From NCBI GenBank assembly GCA_019058295.1, contig JAHPZI010000018.1:2134-66133 (forward strand): a stretch of DNA of 64,000 bases, written 5' to 3'. A model generated the notes under the pieces. That model was not told the DNA's origin, searched no databases, and saw nothing but the letters and a program-made list of their open reading frames with translations. Positions 1 through 9,987 of this stretch are shown here, one piece after another. Every line of letters begins with the position of its first letter. Positions within the stretch are counted from its first letter, which is position 1. Origin of the DNA: Promethearchaeota archaeon (GTDB taxonomy: Archaea > Asgardarchaeota > Lokiarchaeia > Sigyniarchaeales > SOKP01). A program made the position numbers and the translations under genes.

Positions 1-682
1 TGTTTCTGCCCATATCTACTCCTTTAGCACCTTTGTCGACGGCATTTTTCGCCATTTGTAGAGCGTCTTTTTCAGGAATTTTTTTACCCCCTGCAATAAC
101 TATCGGTGCTGGACAAATGCTAGTAACTTCCTCAAAATTTTCGCAATAATATGTTTTCACGAAAGTTGCTCCCATTTCGGCAGCCATTCTACTTGCCATA
201 CCTAAATAACGCGCATCCCTCACCATTTCACGACCCACCGCTGTCACGGCTAACGTTGGAATGCCATATTGCTGACCCCAATTTACTAGTTTCGATAAGT
301 TCATGAGAGTTTGTTTTTCATATTCTCCTCCAACAAATATTGAGCACGTAATTGCTGAAACATTTAATCTAATGGCATCATCCACAGCTACATTGATTTC
401 CTCATTAGAAAGTTCTTTTAACATACTTGCTCCTGCTGACACTCTTAAAACAATTGGGGCCTCAACCTCTGAGGGGACACAATTTCTCAACATTCCCCGT
501 GTTAACATCAAGGCATCGGCATACTTAAATAGGGGTGACATCTCTTCAAAACATTTTAATTGACCGGGCACGTTTCCAAAATATCCATGATCTATTGCTA
601 ACATCACACATCGTCCAGATTTAGGCTTAATAATCCTACTGAAGCGATTTCTAAAACCCCAGTCGCCCGAAACTTGTACCAT
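1..682 (-). CDS. Class I aldolase of the DeoC/LacD/FbaB(DhnA) type, C-terminus cut by window edge
   Basis: Not in the ORF track because it runs off the window. Manual minus-strand translation from the ATG at 682 gives MVQVSGDWGFRNRFSRIIKPKSGRCVMLAIDHGYFG...GATFVKTYY...PIVIAGGKK...GAKGVDMGRN. The LAIDHG, VKTYY (Schiff-base Lys strand) and AGG phosphate-loop layout fits DhnA/LsrF/ADH-synthase-type TIM-barrel aldolases. Confidence 0.6.
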   Translation of the reverse strand, partial: MVQVSGDWGFRNRFSRIIKPKSGRCVMLAIDHGYFGNVPGQLKCFEEMSPLFKYADALMLTRGMLRNCVPSEVEAPIVLRVSAGASMLKELSNEEINVAVDDAIRLNVSAITCSIFVGGEYEKQTLMNLSKLVNWGQQYGIPTLAVTAVGREMVRDARYLGMASRMAAEMGATFVKTYYCENFEEVTSICPAPIVIAGGKKIPEKDALQMAKNAVDKGAKGVDMGRN

Positions 683-887
683 CTATTTTTACCTCACATT
701 TTAATAATTTTCAAATCGATTTTAAGTAATTTTGATTAATAAATTAAAGAAATTAAATAAATCCTTTTGAATATATTAGAGAAAATAAAGCTATGAATTT
801 AAATTGTTATTTATATATCATTGAACTCAAATGATTTTAACACAATTCTTTTCTTGATTACTTGAAGATATCTAATAAAATAAAAAA

Positions 888-3143
888 CTATTTTGGAATC
901 GGCGGAATCTGAGTTAAAAATCGTTCTGGTCGATAAAAAGATTCCACCGTTAAGTAAGCACAAATACCTGTCCAGAGATGCGGAATGCTGGTTCTTTGTT
1001 GCGGAATTAGTTTTGATTCTCCAGGCATGTTAATCCATAAGGTAACCTCCCCATAACAATCAGAGCCGGATATTGGAATTGAATTAATAACTTCATTTAC
1101 TGCGCGAGAAAGTAATGGTCGAATTTCAGGTTTTTTAGAAGCAACAATATTTAAAATAAAAACTTGTTCTGCCAGATAGACATATCCAAGGTATTTTCTT
1201 TCTGTTTTTTTTTGAACTTCCTTTGTCAGTTGATCGATGAGCAGTTTTGCCCGTTCATCATTGTAATGTTCAAACAACGGTGCTGGAAATAACGACCATT
1301 GAATCCCTCGCCATCCACTTTTATTTAAAATAGTTTTATCTTCAATCCTACGAAGAATGCCATTTCTTAATGCTATCGCAGATGTTCTCCATCGCTCTAC
1401 TTGTTTTGGATCTGCTCCCCAACGTTTTCCAGCATCTACCGCTGAGGCAAGTCCTGTCAAAACTGCTGCTGCTCCGTGTAAAGTGGCATGGGGAATTAAA
1501 TTATCGTCTTCACAGCTTTTCCCAACCCATCCTTTTTTTCTTTTAACAGTATTGTTAATCGCATTTGCCGCAAGCTCGAGCATTTCAAGAAACTGATCTT
1601 GATATGTGGAGCGCTCATTCTCCTGAATAAACTGTTCATGTCGCCAAAGATCCCAAATTATTAGGGAAGTCTCATCAATTTCATATGGAATTACTGAAAG
1701 ATTGCCTTTTTTTCCATCAGTAGATAAATTTGCATACCAATGACCACTTGGAGAATAAAAGGGAGATTTTAATCCTAAAAGCCATAAAAAATTTGCTGAA
1801 AATCGCTTTTTTCGCTGTGAGCGGCGGTAAAAATCAAGATGCTGATCTACAACTTCAGAAATTCCAGCAAGATCAAGTGCAAGGTCATAAAATGCCCCAT
1901 CGCGAGGCCAATCAAAATTATATGCAGGTTGTCGGCTCGGTGAGGCTACAATTGCCCCACTATCACGGTCACGCCCGATAAAAAGATTGGTTATTGAACG
2001 TTTAGCCACTCTTTTTTCTGTAGTTTTAGCTTGTGGTGATAGATTTATCTTTTCAGAAAGATTCAACCAATATTTTATAGTTTTTTGTTTCAATAGATTA
2101 AAATCTTGAATTTGAGCATCTTTAACAATTTTCACGCTGTCTACTGCATTATCTGCTATTGCGGTCAGTACTGTGATTTTTGTTTCTTCGTCTTTTAGTA
2201 TACATTCAAAACCAGCATCCACCGATCCAATAAATCCAGTACTTCCATTTAATCTTCCTTTCATAGCATTTTCACTTGCGCTGATTGGTGCATTCTTGGA
2301 AATAGATCTTCCCCTCCGATCCGCCCCGATTTGAAATCCGTCTGGTGGATTCAATAAACTCATTGCAATAAAAACTCCTCCTTCTGGATATAATTTATCA
2401 ATTTGTTCAGGTAATAATGTTCCATCAAGAGAAGGTAAGATCTGATTTTTATTTTTCATTTCAGGTTGAAAAAAGAGAATTATTGATTGTTCAGGTAAAT
2501 AAATTGCGGCAAAACCCCTTTTTTTTGAATCTGGCACGCCCAAATTGGGATCTAATATTTTTGATGGGGCAAATGTACCATAGTAAAAGAATTTTTCTGC
2601 AGATTTTGCCTTAATTTTGAATTCCTGTACTAATAAATCATAGTTATAATCGACCCACTGACACACTTTGATTTTTGTATTATTTCTTAGTAATTGAGTG
2701 CAAAGGTTCGGACCCCCCTCAGGTTCATATTGTCTTGAACTTGTCCACGTTGGATCTCCTAACCAGCTTAAATTTCCTTTTTCAAAATAAATTCCTCCTC
2801 TCGCACCCAAACCAGGATAAACCTCATAGGGCCTTCCATACCTTCTCCAATCCAAACTCGGTGCATCTTTACCCCAGCGTACATCCTTCAAGGATATTCC
2901 TCCTTTTAATCCGTAGGCTTTAGTAAAATATCGAAGATGATCATAATATGATAGTGTAGGCCAACGAAAATAGATTAATTCACTCCATGGACTAATTCCA
3001 ACGGTTAATCTTCCATTACCAAGTGCTCCTACTGCATTTGTTCCTCCGCCTAAACTCTCTGAGCGGAAATCGCAGTGCACCAGCGGATCTTTAAATATAT
3101 CCACCTGTTCCCAATCAAGGATTTCTTTATCCTCCTTTGTCAT
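888..3143 (-). CDS. Glycoside hydrolase family 15-like protein (glucoamylase/trehalase type)
   Basis: 751-aa ORF with the GH15-typical block IVASPSRQPAYNFDWPRDGAFYDLALDLAG and a later HLWTGICAYL. An N-terminal beta-rich region precedes an alpha/alpha-barrel-like region. No signal peptide seen. Confidence 0.6.
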   Translation of the reverse strand: MTKEDKEILDWEQVDIFKDPLVHCDFRSESLGGGTNAVGALGNGRLTVGISPWSELIYFRWPTLSYYDHLRYFTKAYGLKGGISLKDVRWGKDAPSLDWRRYGRPYEVYPGLGARGGIYFEKGNLSWLGDPTWTSSRQYEPEGGPNLCTQLLRNNTKIKVCQWVDYNYDLLVQEFKIKAKSAEKFFYYGTFAPSKILDPNLGVPDSKKRGFAAIYLPEQSIILFFQPEMKNKNQILPSLDGTLLPEQIDKLYPEGGVFIAMSLLNPPDGFQIGADRRGRSISKNAPISASENAMKGRLNGSTGFIGSVDAGFECILKDEETKITVLTAIADNAVDSVKIVKDAQIQDFNLLKQKTIKYWLNLSEKINLSPQAKTTEKRVAKRSITNLFIGRDRDSGAIVASPSRQPAYNFDWPRDGAFYDLALDLAGISEVVDQHLDFYRRSQRKKRFSANFLWLLGLKSPFYSPSGHWYANLSTDGKKGNLSVIPYEIDETSLIIWDLWRHEQFIQENERSTYQDQFLEMLELAANAINNTVKRKKGWVGKSCEDDNLIPHATLHGAAAVLTGLASAVDAGKRWGADPKQVERWRTSAIALRNGILRRIEDKTILNKSGWRGIQWSLFPAPLFEHYNDERAKLLIDQLTKEVQKKTERKYLGYVYLAEQVFILNIVASKKPEIRPLLSRAVNEVINSIPISGSDCYGEVTLWINMPGESKLIPQQRTSIPHLWTGICAYLTVESFYRPERFLTQIPPIPK

Positions 3144-3275
3144 ATGAAACTAACTCCAATGAATAATCTATAGGGATTATTTATATGTTTAAAATATTTG
3201 GAATAAAACTAGTTTCTTTTTCAATATAAAGTTAATCTTAAAATTCGCTTATTTTAATCTTACTTTTTCTTCTTT

Positions 3276-4256
3276 TTATATTTCTCTAACTCCTATTGAA
3301 AGATTATCTTTATTTTCTTTTTTTTGTGGTTTTACAATAAATATAACAGAAGTTATAACTATTATTGTTCCAATAAGATGAAAAATTGTAAATATATCAC
3401 CTAATATAATTGTTGCAAAAATAATGGTAATGATTGGCGTTCCAGAGGTCATAGCGGTACCTTTTGATGTACCTAAATATGTGAGTACTTTATACCAACA
3501 GAATAATCCTAAGCCATATGCTAAGCCCATTAATATAATAAAAAAAAAATTGATTGAGTCGAATATTAAATAAAAATTTTCAATTGGAAAGATGATGAAA
3601 TATGTAGAGATTAAAAAGAATCCACTTAAAGAATTTCTAATAAATACTAATTGAACTGGAGTTGCCTCATTCCTATCTAATACTGGTTTAGTTAATGAAT
3701 GTCCAAGCATCCAGATTGCAGCTGTTACAATCAATATTATTACACCGATATTAAATTCCAATAAATTAAATTTTCCAGCCGTAACTGCTAAAATGAGTCC
3801 GAAAAATAATACTAGTGAAAAGATAATTTGAGGATATTTTACTTTTTCCTGATTTATCAAGTATCCAAATAGAAGACCAAAAATTACCACTGTTTTTTGA
3901 GCTAGGCTACCAGATATCGATCCTGCAAGTTGATAACCCCAGAAAAAGAGAACCTGAGCTATTCCAAAATTTATTCCTATGTAGATTAATAGAATTTTAT
4001 TGTTTTTCCAGCCATTTAAAAGAGTGAATATATCTTCTTGAGGGATTAGGTCTTTCTCATGAGATAATCTAATTCTTTTTCTTTCGATGAGCATTAAAGG
4101 TAAAAAGATAATGGCTTCAACTATACATGTCGTTGCTGCAAAAAAATACGGATCTAATGAAAGGGGTCTTGAATTTGCGATAATAGGTTGCAAGCCTACT
4201 AAAAAGAGCGCACATAATGCGAAAATAATCCCTTTTGCATAATTTTCATTATTCAA
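3276..4256 (-). CDS. DMT/EamA-like 10-TM transporter (paralog 1 of 3)
   Basis: 326 aa, about 10 hydrophobic segments in two halves. Close paralog of 4305..5249 and 9988..10950, sharing KGIIFAL...LQPI.A.SRP, LNGWK..K, QLAG.I.GSLAQ and ILGD/E.FT.FHLIGT.I. Confidence 0.55.
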   Translation of the reverse strand: MNNENYAKGIIFALCALFLVGLQPIIANSRPLSLDPYFFAATTCIVEAIIFLPLMLIERKRIRLSHEKDLIPQEDIFTLLNGWKNNKILLIYIGINFGIAQVLFFWGYQLAGSISGSLAQKTVVIFGLLFGYLINQEKVKYPQIIFSLVLFFGLILAVTAGKFNLLEFNIGVIILIVTAAIWMLGHSLTKPVLDRNEATPVQLVFIRNSLSGFFLISTYFIIFPIENFYLIFDSINFFFIILMGLAYGLGLFCWYKVLTYLGTSKGTAMTSGTPIITIIFATIILGDIFTIFHLIGTIIVITSVIFIVKPQKKENKDNLSIGVREI

Positions 4257-4304
4257 GATAGAAAATAAAAAGCGATGAGATATAAAAAATTTTGTTTTAA
4301 GGAT

Positions 4305-5249
4305 TTAATCCTCTTTTTTTTCTCTTACGATAATCACAATCGAAGAAATTATTATAATTGTACCTATTAGATGAAAAATTGTGAAGATCTCACCTAAAAA
4401 AATATAAGCGAAAAAAGCTACCAATATTGGCATTGGACTCGCTATGATTGTCGCCTTACTCACTTCAATGTTATTAAGACTTTTATACCAAAACAATACA
4501 TCGAATCCATATAATACACCCATACTGATAAAAAAAAATAGGTTTATTGGATCAAATAAAAGATTTACATTTTCAAAAGGAAAAAAAATAAAATATGTAG
4601 AGATTAAGATTAATGCGCTTAGGGTATTCCTTGCAAAAACTATTTGAGTGGGGGTCATTTCATTTCGATCCATTATTGGTTTAGTCAAAGTATGAGCCAA
4701 TAACCATAATGCAGCTGTAATGATCATTATCAGTACCCCTAAGTTAAATTCAAGTAAATTAAAAGAGCCTTGAGTAATAGCAAGAAATAATCCAAAAAAT
4801 AAGAGAAATACAAAAAAAATTTGAATCTTTGAAATTTTTTCGTGATTTATTAAAAACCCAAATAAAAGCGCAAAGACTATAGTCGTTTGCTGAGCCAGCG
4901 AGCCGTTTATCGCGCCCGCAAGCTGGTAAGCTACGAAAAACAATATTTGAGCAATAGCAAAATTGATACCCAGATAAATCAAGAATTTTTTTTTTTTTCT
5001 CCATCCGTTCAAAATCAATTCAAAATTTTGAAAATTAAGTGGTTCAATTTGAATTGACGATTTTATTTTTTTTCTCTCAATTAACATTAATGGTAAAAAT
5101 ATTATTGCCTCAATTAAGCAGGTCATAGCTGCAAAAATATAAAAATCAATAATCTGTGGTCTCGCAATTGCCACAATTGGCTGTAAAGAAACTAATAAAA
5201 GGGAGATTAGCGCAAAAATAATCCCCTTAACTTGATTTTTATTGCTCAA
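4305..5249 (-). CDS. DMT/EamA-like 10-TM transporter (paralog 2 of 3)
   Basis: 314 aa. Same architecture and motifs as 3276..4256, and arranged in tandem with it. Confidence 0.55.
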   Translation of the reverse strand: MSNKNQVKGIIFALISLLLVSLQPIVAIARPQIIDFYIFAAMTCLIEAIIFLPLMLIERKKIKSSIQIEPLNFQNFELILNGWRKKKKFLIYLGINFAIAQILFFVAYQLAGAINGSLAQQTTIVFALLFGFLINHEKISKIQIFFVFLLFFGLFLAITQGSFNLLEFNLGVLIMIITAALWLLAHTLTKPIMDRNEMTPTQIVFARNTLSALILISTYFIFFPFENVNLLFDPINLFFFISMGVLYGFDVLFWYKSLNNIEVSKATIIASPMPILVAFFAYIFLGEIFTIFHLIGTIIIISSIVIIVREKKED

Positions 5250-5317
5250 GATATTGATTAAAAAACTAAGAAAAATAAAAATTATTTGATTTTAAGATTA
5301 TAAATGTGATTTCTTGC

Positions 5318-5704
5318 TTACCCTCTAATTGGTTCTAAATAATCTTGGATAAATTCCGCCAGTGAACCAAAGCCCATAGCCAATTGCAAATCGCCTTCAA
5401 TCTTTAAATCTCCACTCATATATGCCGAAGTGGCGTCTACTTGTCCTAAAAAGAAGCCTCTGGCCACTTCAGCATCCTCAATTGTCATAGTGAGGTCTGC
5501 ATCGTCAATTTCCTCATCCATCTTAAAAGAATATTTGCCCTCTTCAATGACTTGATACCCTTTAAAACTCGCGATTTTCCATTGTATTTTGCCATCAAAA
5601 TCTTCCATTTCTTCTTGTAAGTCCTCGTCAACCTTTGCAATCTCTTCTAAACTTTTGCACATTATGAAAAACATCATTTTTGCCTGAAACTCAACTTTAT
5701 CCAT
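5318..5704 (-). CDS. SCP2 (sterol-carrier-protein-2-like) lipid-binding domain protein
   Basis: The C-terminal block AEVARGFFLGQVDATSAYMSGDLKIEGDLQLAMGF is SCP2-like. I prefer the ATG at 5704, which has a GGAGGTGA Shine-Dalgarno-like motif about 9 nt upstream inside the end of the preceding gene, over the GTG at 5716 used by the ORF track. Confidence 0.6.
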   Translation of the reverse strand: MDKVEFQAKMMFFIMCKSLEEIAKVDEDLQEEMEDFDGKIQWKIASFKGYQVIEEGKYSFKMDEEIDDADLTMTIEDAEVARGFFLGQVDATSAYMSGDLKIEGDLQLAMGFGSLAEFIQDYLEPIRG

Positions 5705-5708
5705 AAAA

Positions 5709-6107
5709 TCAGTCACCTCCCATACCTTGCATATATTCTCCTACAGTCTCTAATATAAAACCAAGTTTCTGGACTGTTGCGGCATCTCCATTAATTTTAA
5801 GTTTTCCTGCCGATATTATTTTAGTTATATCCGTATCCCCTCTTTGTGTAAATAGAGCTAATGCATCAGAGACATCAGGGACCTCAAAGGTTATTGTTGG
5901 ATTTGATGCCGTTCCATCAGATGCTTTTATTTTCTGATCTTTTATTTCAGTGTAATATGCGATATCGTCACCGATTTTCCATTGGATAACCTCACTTATT
6001 CCTTTTAATTTTCCTTTGAATTCTTCGTCGACTATCGCAAGTTGTTCCGTGGCGTAGCCAATCATGGCTCCAAGGACTCGCACACATACTTTTTCTTCTG
6101 TTGACAT
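5709..6107 (-). CDS. SCP2 lipid-binding domain protein
   Basis: 132 aa. The ALALFTQRGDTDITKIISAGKLKINGDAATVQKLGF block is SCP2-like. Paralog of the downstream gene. Confidence 0.6.
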   Translation of the reverse strand: MSTEEKVCVRVLGAMIGYATEQLAIVDEEFKGKLKGISEVIQWKIGDDIAYYTEIKDQKIKASDGTASNPTITFEVPDVSDALALFTQRGDTDITKIISAGKLKINGDAATVQKLGFILETVGEYMQGMGGD

Positions 6108-6325
6108 TTTTCTAAACTCCTCTATTTTGAAAAAATTATTTTATGTATTATTTGGAAAAACAGATTAATATTATATAAATCTTTCATTCATGAATGTTTT
6201 AAAAAGATATTTTAGAGTAATTTAAAAAAAATCAGATGTAAAATATATAGAAAATTAGGATTATACTTTAAATAAAATTATTAAAAAAAAGAAATATATA
6301 AAAATAGACTCTCTTCTATAAGAAT

Positions 6326-8653
6326 TTACTGCTTAGACATTTCTGACCGATAATACGCCTCAGCGCGCTTGCGTCTATCCCCTTTCAGCTTTTCCCCTGA
6401 AGCTCTTCCCGCAAAAATATCCAGTGACGTAAAAGGTCCTTTGTATTCTGGAACATCGATAATTATGCGATGAATAACCCCGGAAAATTTAAAAGGTCCT
6501 TCATAGTCATTAGTAATGGGAGAAAGGTTGTCTTGACCGATATCCATACCTGTGGAAGAGAAAATATAAAGAATGTATGGAATTGGGATTGAACCACACT
6601 CTTTTCCATTTATTGAAAGAGTGAGGGTCCCTTTTCTTTTTTTCCTCACGAAATGAGCGCGAACCGTGGATTCTCCAGTAGGTACCGTTATATCAGAACG
6701 TACTACATGATGCTCCATGAACATGTTAAAATCAAAAACCAAATGAGAATCTTTGATATAAAACGTAAATCCTCCATTCATCGTACCTAAAGAAATAAGA
6801 ACACCTTCGTCGGTATCACTAGCTCGTTGGATTTCTACATCCATTGTCCATGTATGACCTCCCATTTGTGGAGCTGCATCTGCTGGTATGTGGCTCATAG
6901 GGGGATAATAGATATAATGACGCTTTTCATGCACGGATCCCGGTTGATATCGACTTCCAAATAATTCAAGGAGCCTATCATCAAGCGGTAGCACATCATA
7001 GCGCCCAGCCTCAGCCCACCATAGATCAATCATTTCTTTTAGTTTTTCAGGCTTCTCTGAGGCGAGATTATGGCATTCAGAAAAATCTTCGTCTAAATGA
7101 TATAGCTCCCATTCTCTCACATCAAATGGGTGCCCCTTAATGTGATGAGTAACGGCTTTCCAACCATCGTGTACAATACCCCTGTGACCAAACATTTCAA
7201 AATATTGAATGTCCTTACGAGTCTTTTCTTCAGGTCCATCGAAGGTATAAACCATTGATGTTCCTGATATTGGGATCTGATCATATCCTTTATAAGATGG
7301 AGCGGGTTCTATATCAAGAAGTTCTAAGATGGTAGGAACGATATCGGTAACATGGTGAAATTGATTTCGGATCCCGCCTTTATCTTTAATTCTTTTTGGC
7401 CAATGCATGATTAAAGGATCTCGAACTCCCCCTCCGTGTGTGTTCATTTTGTACCATTTGAGTGGAGTATTGCCCACTTGGGCCCATCCCCATGGATAAT
7501 TTGAAGAACTATTTGGTCCGCCAATATCATCTAAGCGATCTTGAATGGCGTCTACATCTGTTGACCTTGCATTAAAATATCTCAATACATCCATCATTCC
7601 TTCTTGACCGCCTTCTTGACTCGCTCCATTGTCAGACAACAAGATGATTAATGTATTTTCTTTTTCATCGATTTCTTCAAGGAACGAGATTAATCGTCCG
7701 ATTTGATGATCTGTATGATCAAGAAAAGCTGCAAATGCTTCTTGCAATCGACATGCGAATCTTTTTTGATTTTCGGATAATTCATCCCATGCTTGCACAC
7801 CTTTATTACGTGGAGCCAAATCTGTTCCTGGTGGAATGACGCCCATTTCGAGCTGTCTTTTGTACCATTCCTCTCGCGTGATGTCCCAACCAGCGTTAAA
7901 TTTCCCTCGATATTTTTGCCGATACTCTAGCGGAGATTGATGTGGAGCGTGAGTCGCGCCAAAGGCTAAATATAAAAAGAAAGGTTTGTCAGGTCGTATG
8001 GATTTTAGATCCCGGATGAATTCAATGGAACGATCAACGAGATCTTCACTAACATGATATCCATCTTCAGGCCCATACGGAGGATCAACGGGGTGATTAT
8101 CGTAAGTTAATTCAGGGTAGAACTGATCGGTTTCGCCTTGCATGAAACCATAATACCGATCAAATCCTCTCCTGATAGGCCAAGTATCAAATGGTCCACC
8201 CATCGTTGCTTCCTCCATTGGAGTAAGATGCCATTTTCCTGTCATTAATGTGGCATAGCCATCTTCTTGTAAGATTTCTCCAAGAGTCGCTGCGTTTTTT
8301 GAAATGGAACCACGTAGATTAGGGAACCCCGAAATCATGTTTGAGAGTGCCCGCATTCCAACGGTGTGATGATTACGCCCAGTTAACAAGCAAGCCCTCG
8401 TCGGGGAGCATAATGCCGTAGTGTAGAAATTTGTATATCGCAACCCTCCATAGGCGAGCTTGTCAATGTTTGGAGTATCAATGGAAGAACCAAAGCAACC
8501 AAAATGCGAAAAGCCAGTATCGTCAAGCAAGATCACGATTACATTTGGACTTCCATCGCCAAGTCGCTTCGGTGTCGGCCACCAGGGTTCTGATTCATCA
8601 AGTGTGCGACCGATCTTTCCTTTAAAAATTTCTTTTCCAGTCATTTTAATCAA
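6326..8653 (-). CDS. Arylsulfatase (Cys-type formylglycine sulfatase) with C-terminal lectin/LamG-like extension
   Basis: 775 aa. NVIVILLDDTGF metal site and the CSPTRACLLTGRNHH formylglycine (C-x-P-x-R) signature. GKWHL and LSDNGA blocks. Confidence 0.9.
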   Translation of the reverse strand: MIKMTGKEIFKGKIGRTLDESEPWWPTPKRLGDGSPNVIVILLDDTGFSHFGCFGSSIDTPNIDKLAYGGLRYTNFYTTALCSPTRACLLTGRNHHTVGMRALSNMISGFPNLRGSISKNAATLGEILQEDGYATLMTGKWHLTPMEEATMGGPFDTWPIRRGFDRYYGFMQGETDQFYPELTYDNHPVDPPYGPEDGYHVSEDLVDRSIEFIRDLKSIRPDKPFFLYLAFGATHAPHQSPLEYRQKYRGKFNAGWDITREEWYKRQLEMGVIPPGTDLAPRNKGVQAWDELSENQKRFACRLQEAFAAFLDHTDHQIGRLISFLEEIDEKENTLIILLSDNGASQEGGQEGMMDVLRYFNARSTDVDAIQDRLDDIGGPNSSSNYPWGWAQVGNTPLKWYKMNTHGGGVRDPLIMHWPKRIKDKGGIRNQFHHVTDIVPTILELLDIEPAPSYKGYDQIPISGTSMVYTFDGPEEKTRKDIQYFEMFGHRGIVHDGWKAVTHHIKGHPFDVREWELYHLDEDFSECHNLASEKPEKLKEMIDLWWAEAGRYDVLPLDDRLLELFGSRYQPGSVHEKRHYIYYPPMSHIPADAAPQMGGHTWTMDVEIQRASDTDEGVLISLGTMNGGFTFYIKDSHLVFDFNMFMEHHVVRSDITVPTGESTVRAHFVRKKRKGTLTLSINGKECGSIPIPYILYIFSSTGMDIGQDNLSPITNDYEGPFKFSGVIHRIIIDVPEYKGPFTSLDIFAGRASGEKLKGDRRKRAEAYYRSEMSKQ

Positions 8654-8728
8654 CTTTTTTGAATAAAAATTATACTATTCCTAATTGTTTCATATATCAT
8701 AATATAATTAAAATTGAATTTAAATTTA

Positions 8729-9937
8729 TTATTTCATACAACAATCTTTATATTTTTTACCGCTTCCACAAGGGCATGGATCATTACGACCAATTTTTGG
8801 TATTTTAATTGGAATATGAGTCTTAATATTGCGTTCAGTTCTAATTTGCTGCGCTATTCTTTTAAATTGCGTTAAAGTATGTGCATAAAACATCCTCCAG
8901 CCTTTGCATAGAAGACTTAATGTTCTTGATGATTTAGAACCACCAATTCGAAATTTTTGGCAATCTCCATGACAGAGATTTAGATAAGGACAGTTATTAC
9001 AATACTCATTCCAATTAACTTTTTGGCGTCCAAAGCGAAGATATAACGGAGATTTTAAAAAACCATCCCAAGTACCTGTTTTCAGATTTCCAAGTAAAAG
9101 ATCTTTGCGAACAAAAAAATCGCATGGATAAACATTACCATCATATTCAACAACAAAATACTGACAACAATTATTATTCATGAAGCAAACATTATACCGT
9201 CCATATACTAAATATTCCAAAATTGAATCAAATAAACGGATAGAAATCTTATACATATCCTCTTTTATCCATTCGTCAAATAATTCGCATAGAAAAGTTC
9301 CCCATTCTTTTCCAGTTATTGAATAGCTATGAGGTTTATTATTTTTATCAAATTCAATACAAGGGATATATTGATGATAGAAAAAACCTTGTGACTTCAT
9401 ATATTGATATATTTCCCTTGCCTTCTTTACAGTTTTATTATTAACTAAAATTAAGATGTTAAACTCTACATTTTGTTTTTTTAGAATCTCAATACCACGC
9501 ATAACTAAAGAATGAGTTGGTGTCTGACCGAGAGTTTTTCTATAATAATCGTGAAGATATGGAGGTCCATCTAGGCTCACTCCAAGAAGGAATTTATATT
9601 TTCCAAAAAGTTTAGCCATTTCTTCCGTAATTAACGTCCCATTTGTTTGAAGGCCATTACTTACAGCAGCACCAGGAGTTCCGTATTTTTTTTGGAATTC
9701 TACAACCTTTTCAAAGAATTTTAATCCCATTAATGTAGGTTCCCCTCCTTGCCATCCAAAAGAATAGTTATTATATTGATTTGTGTTCATATAACTTTTA
9801 ATCAAAATCTCTAATGTTTCATCAGACATGCGAGGAGCATTTGTTCCCTCTTCTAAATGGTCTATATAAAAACAATATTCACATCTGAGATTACAATCTG
9901 CTGAAGCGGGTTTTATCAATAGCGAAAAAGGTTTCAA
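8729..9937 (-). CDS. Anaerobic sulfatase-maturating enzyme (radical SAM, SPASM) with C-terminal SEC-C motif
   Basis: N-terminus [19 protein letters not shown] (CxxxCxxC), typical of anSME. Cys-rich SPASM region ([14 protein letters not shown]). Tail [18 protein letters not shown] is a SEC-C-type zinc motif. Lies adjacent to the sulfatase. Confidence 0.85.
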   Translation of the reverse strand: MKPFSLLIKPASADCNLRCEYCFYIDHLEEGTNAPRMSDETLEILIKSYMNTNQYNNYSFGWQGGEPTLMGLKFFEKVVEFQKKYGTPGAAVSNGLQTNGTLITEEMAKLFGKYKFLLGVSLDGPPYLHDYYRKTLGQTPTHSLVMRGIEILKKQNVEFNILILVNNKTVKKAREIYQYMKSQGFFYHQYIPCIEFDKNNKPHSYSITGKEWGTFLCELFDEWIKEDMYKISIRLFDSILEYLVYGRYNVCFMNNNCCQYFVVEYDGNVYPCDFFVRKDLLLGNLKTGTWDGFLKSPLYLRFGRQKVNWNEYCNNCPYLNLCHGDCQKFRIGGSKSSRTLSLLCKGWRMFYAHTLTQFKRIAQQIRTERNIKTHIPIKIPKIGRNDPCPCGSGKKYKDCCMK

Positions 9938-9987
9938 TGTATTATTATAAAAATTATTTTAATTTTTAATTAATTTTTATTTCATAT

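Noticed and set aside
303-563. 86-aa plus-strand ORF from the track
   Set aside because: It lies entirely antisense to the well-supported aldolase CDS (1..682, minus). Its composition is low-complexity, so it is a shadow ORF.
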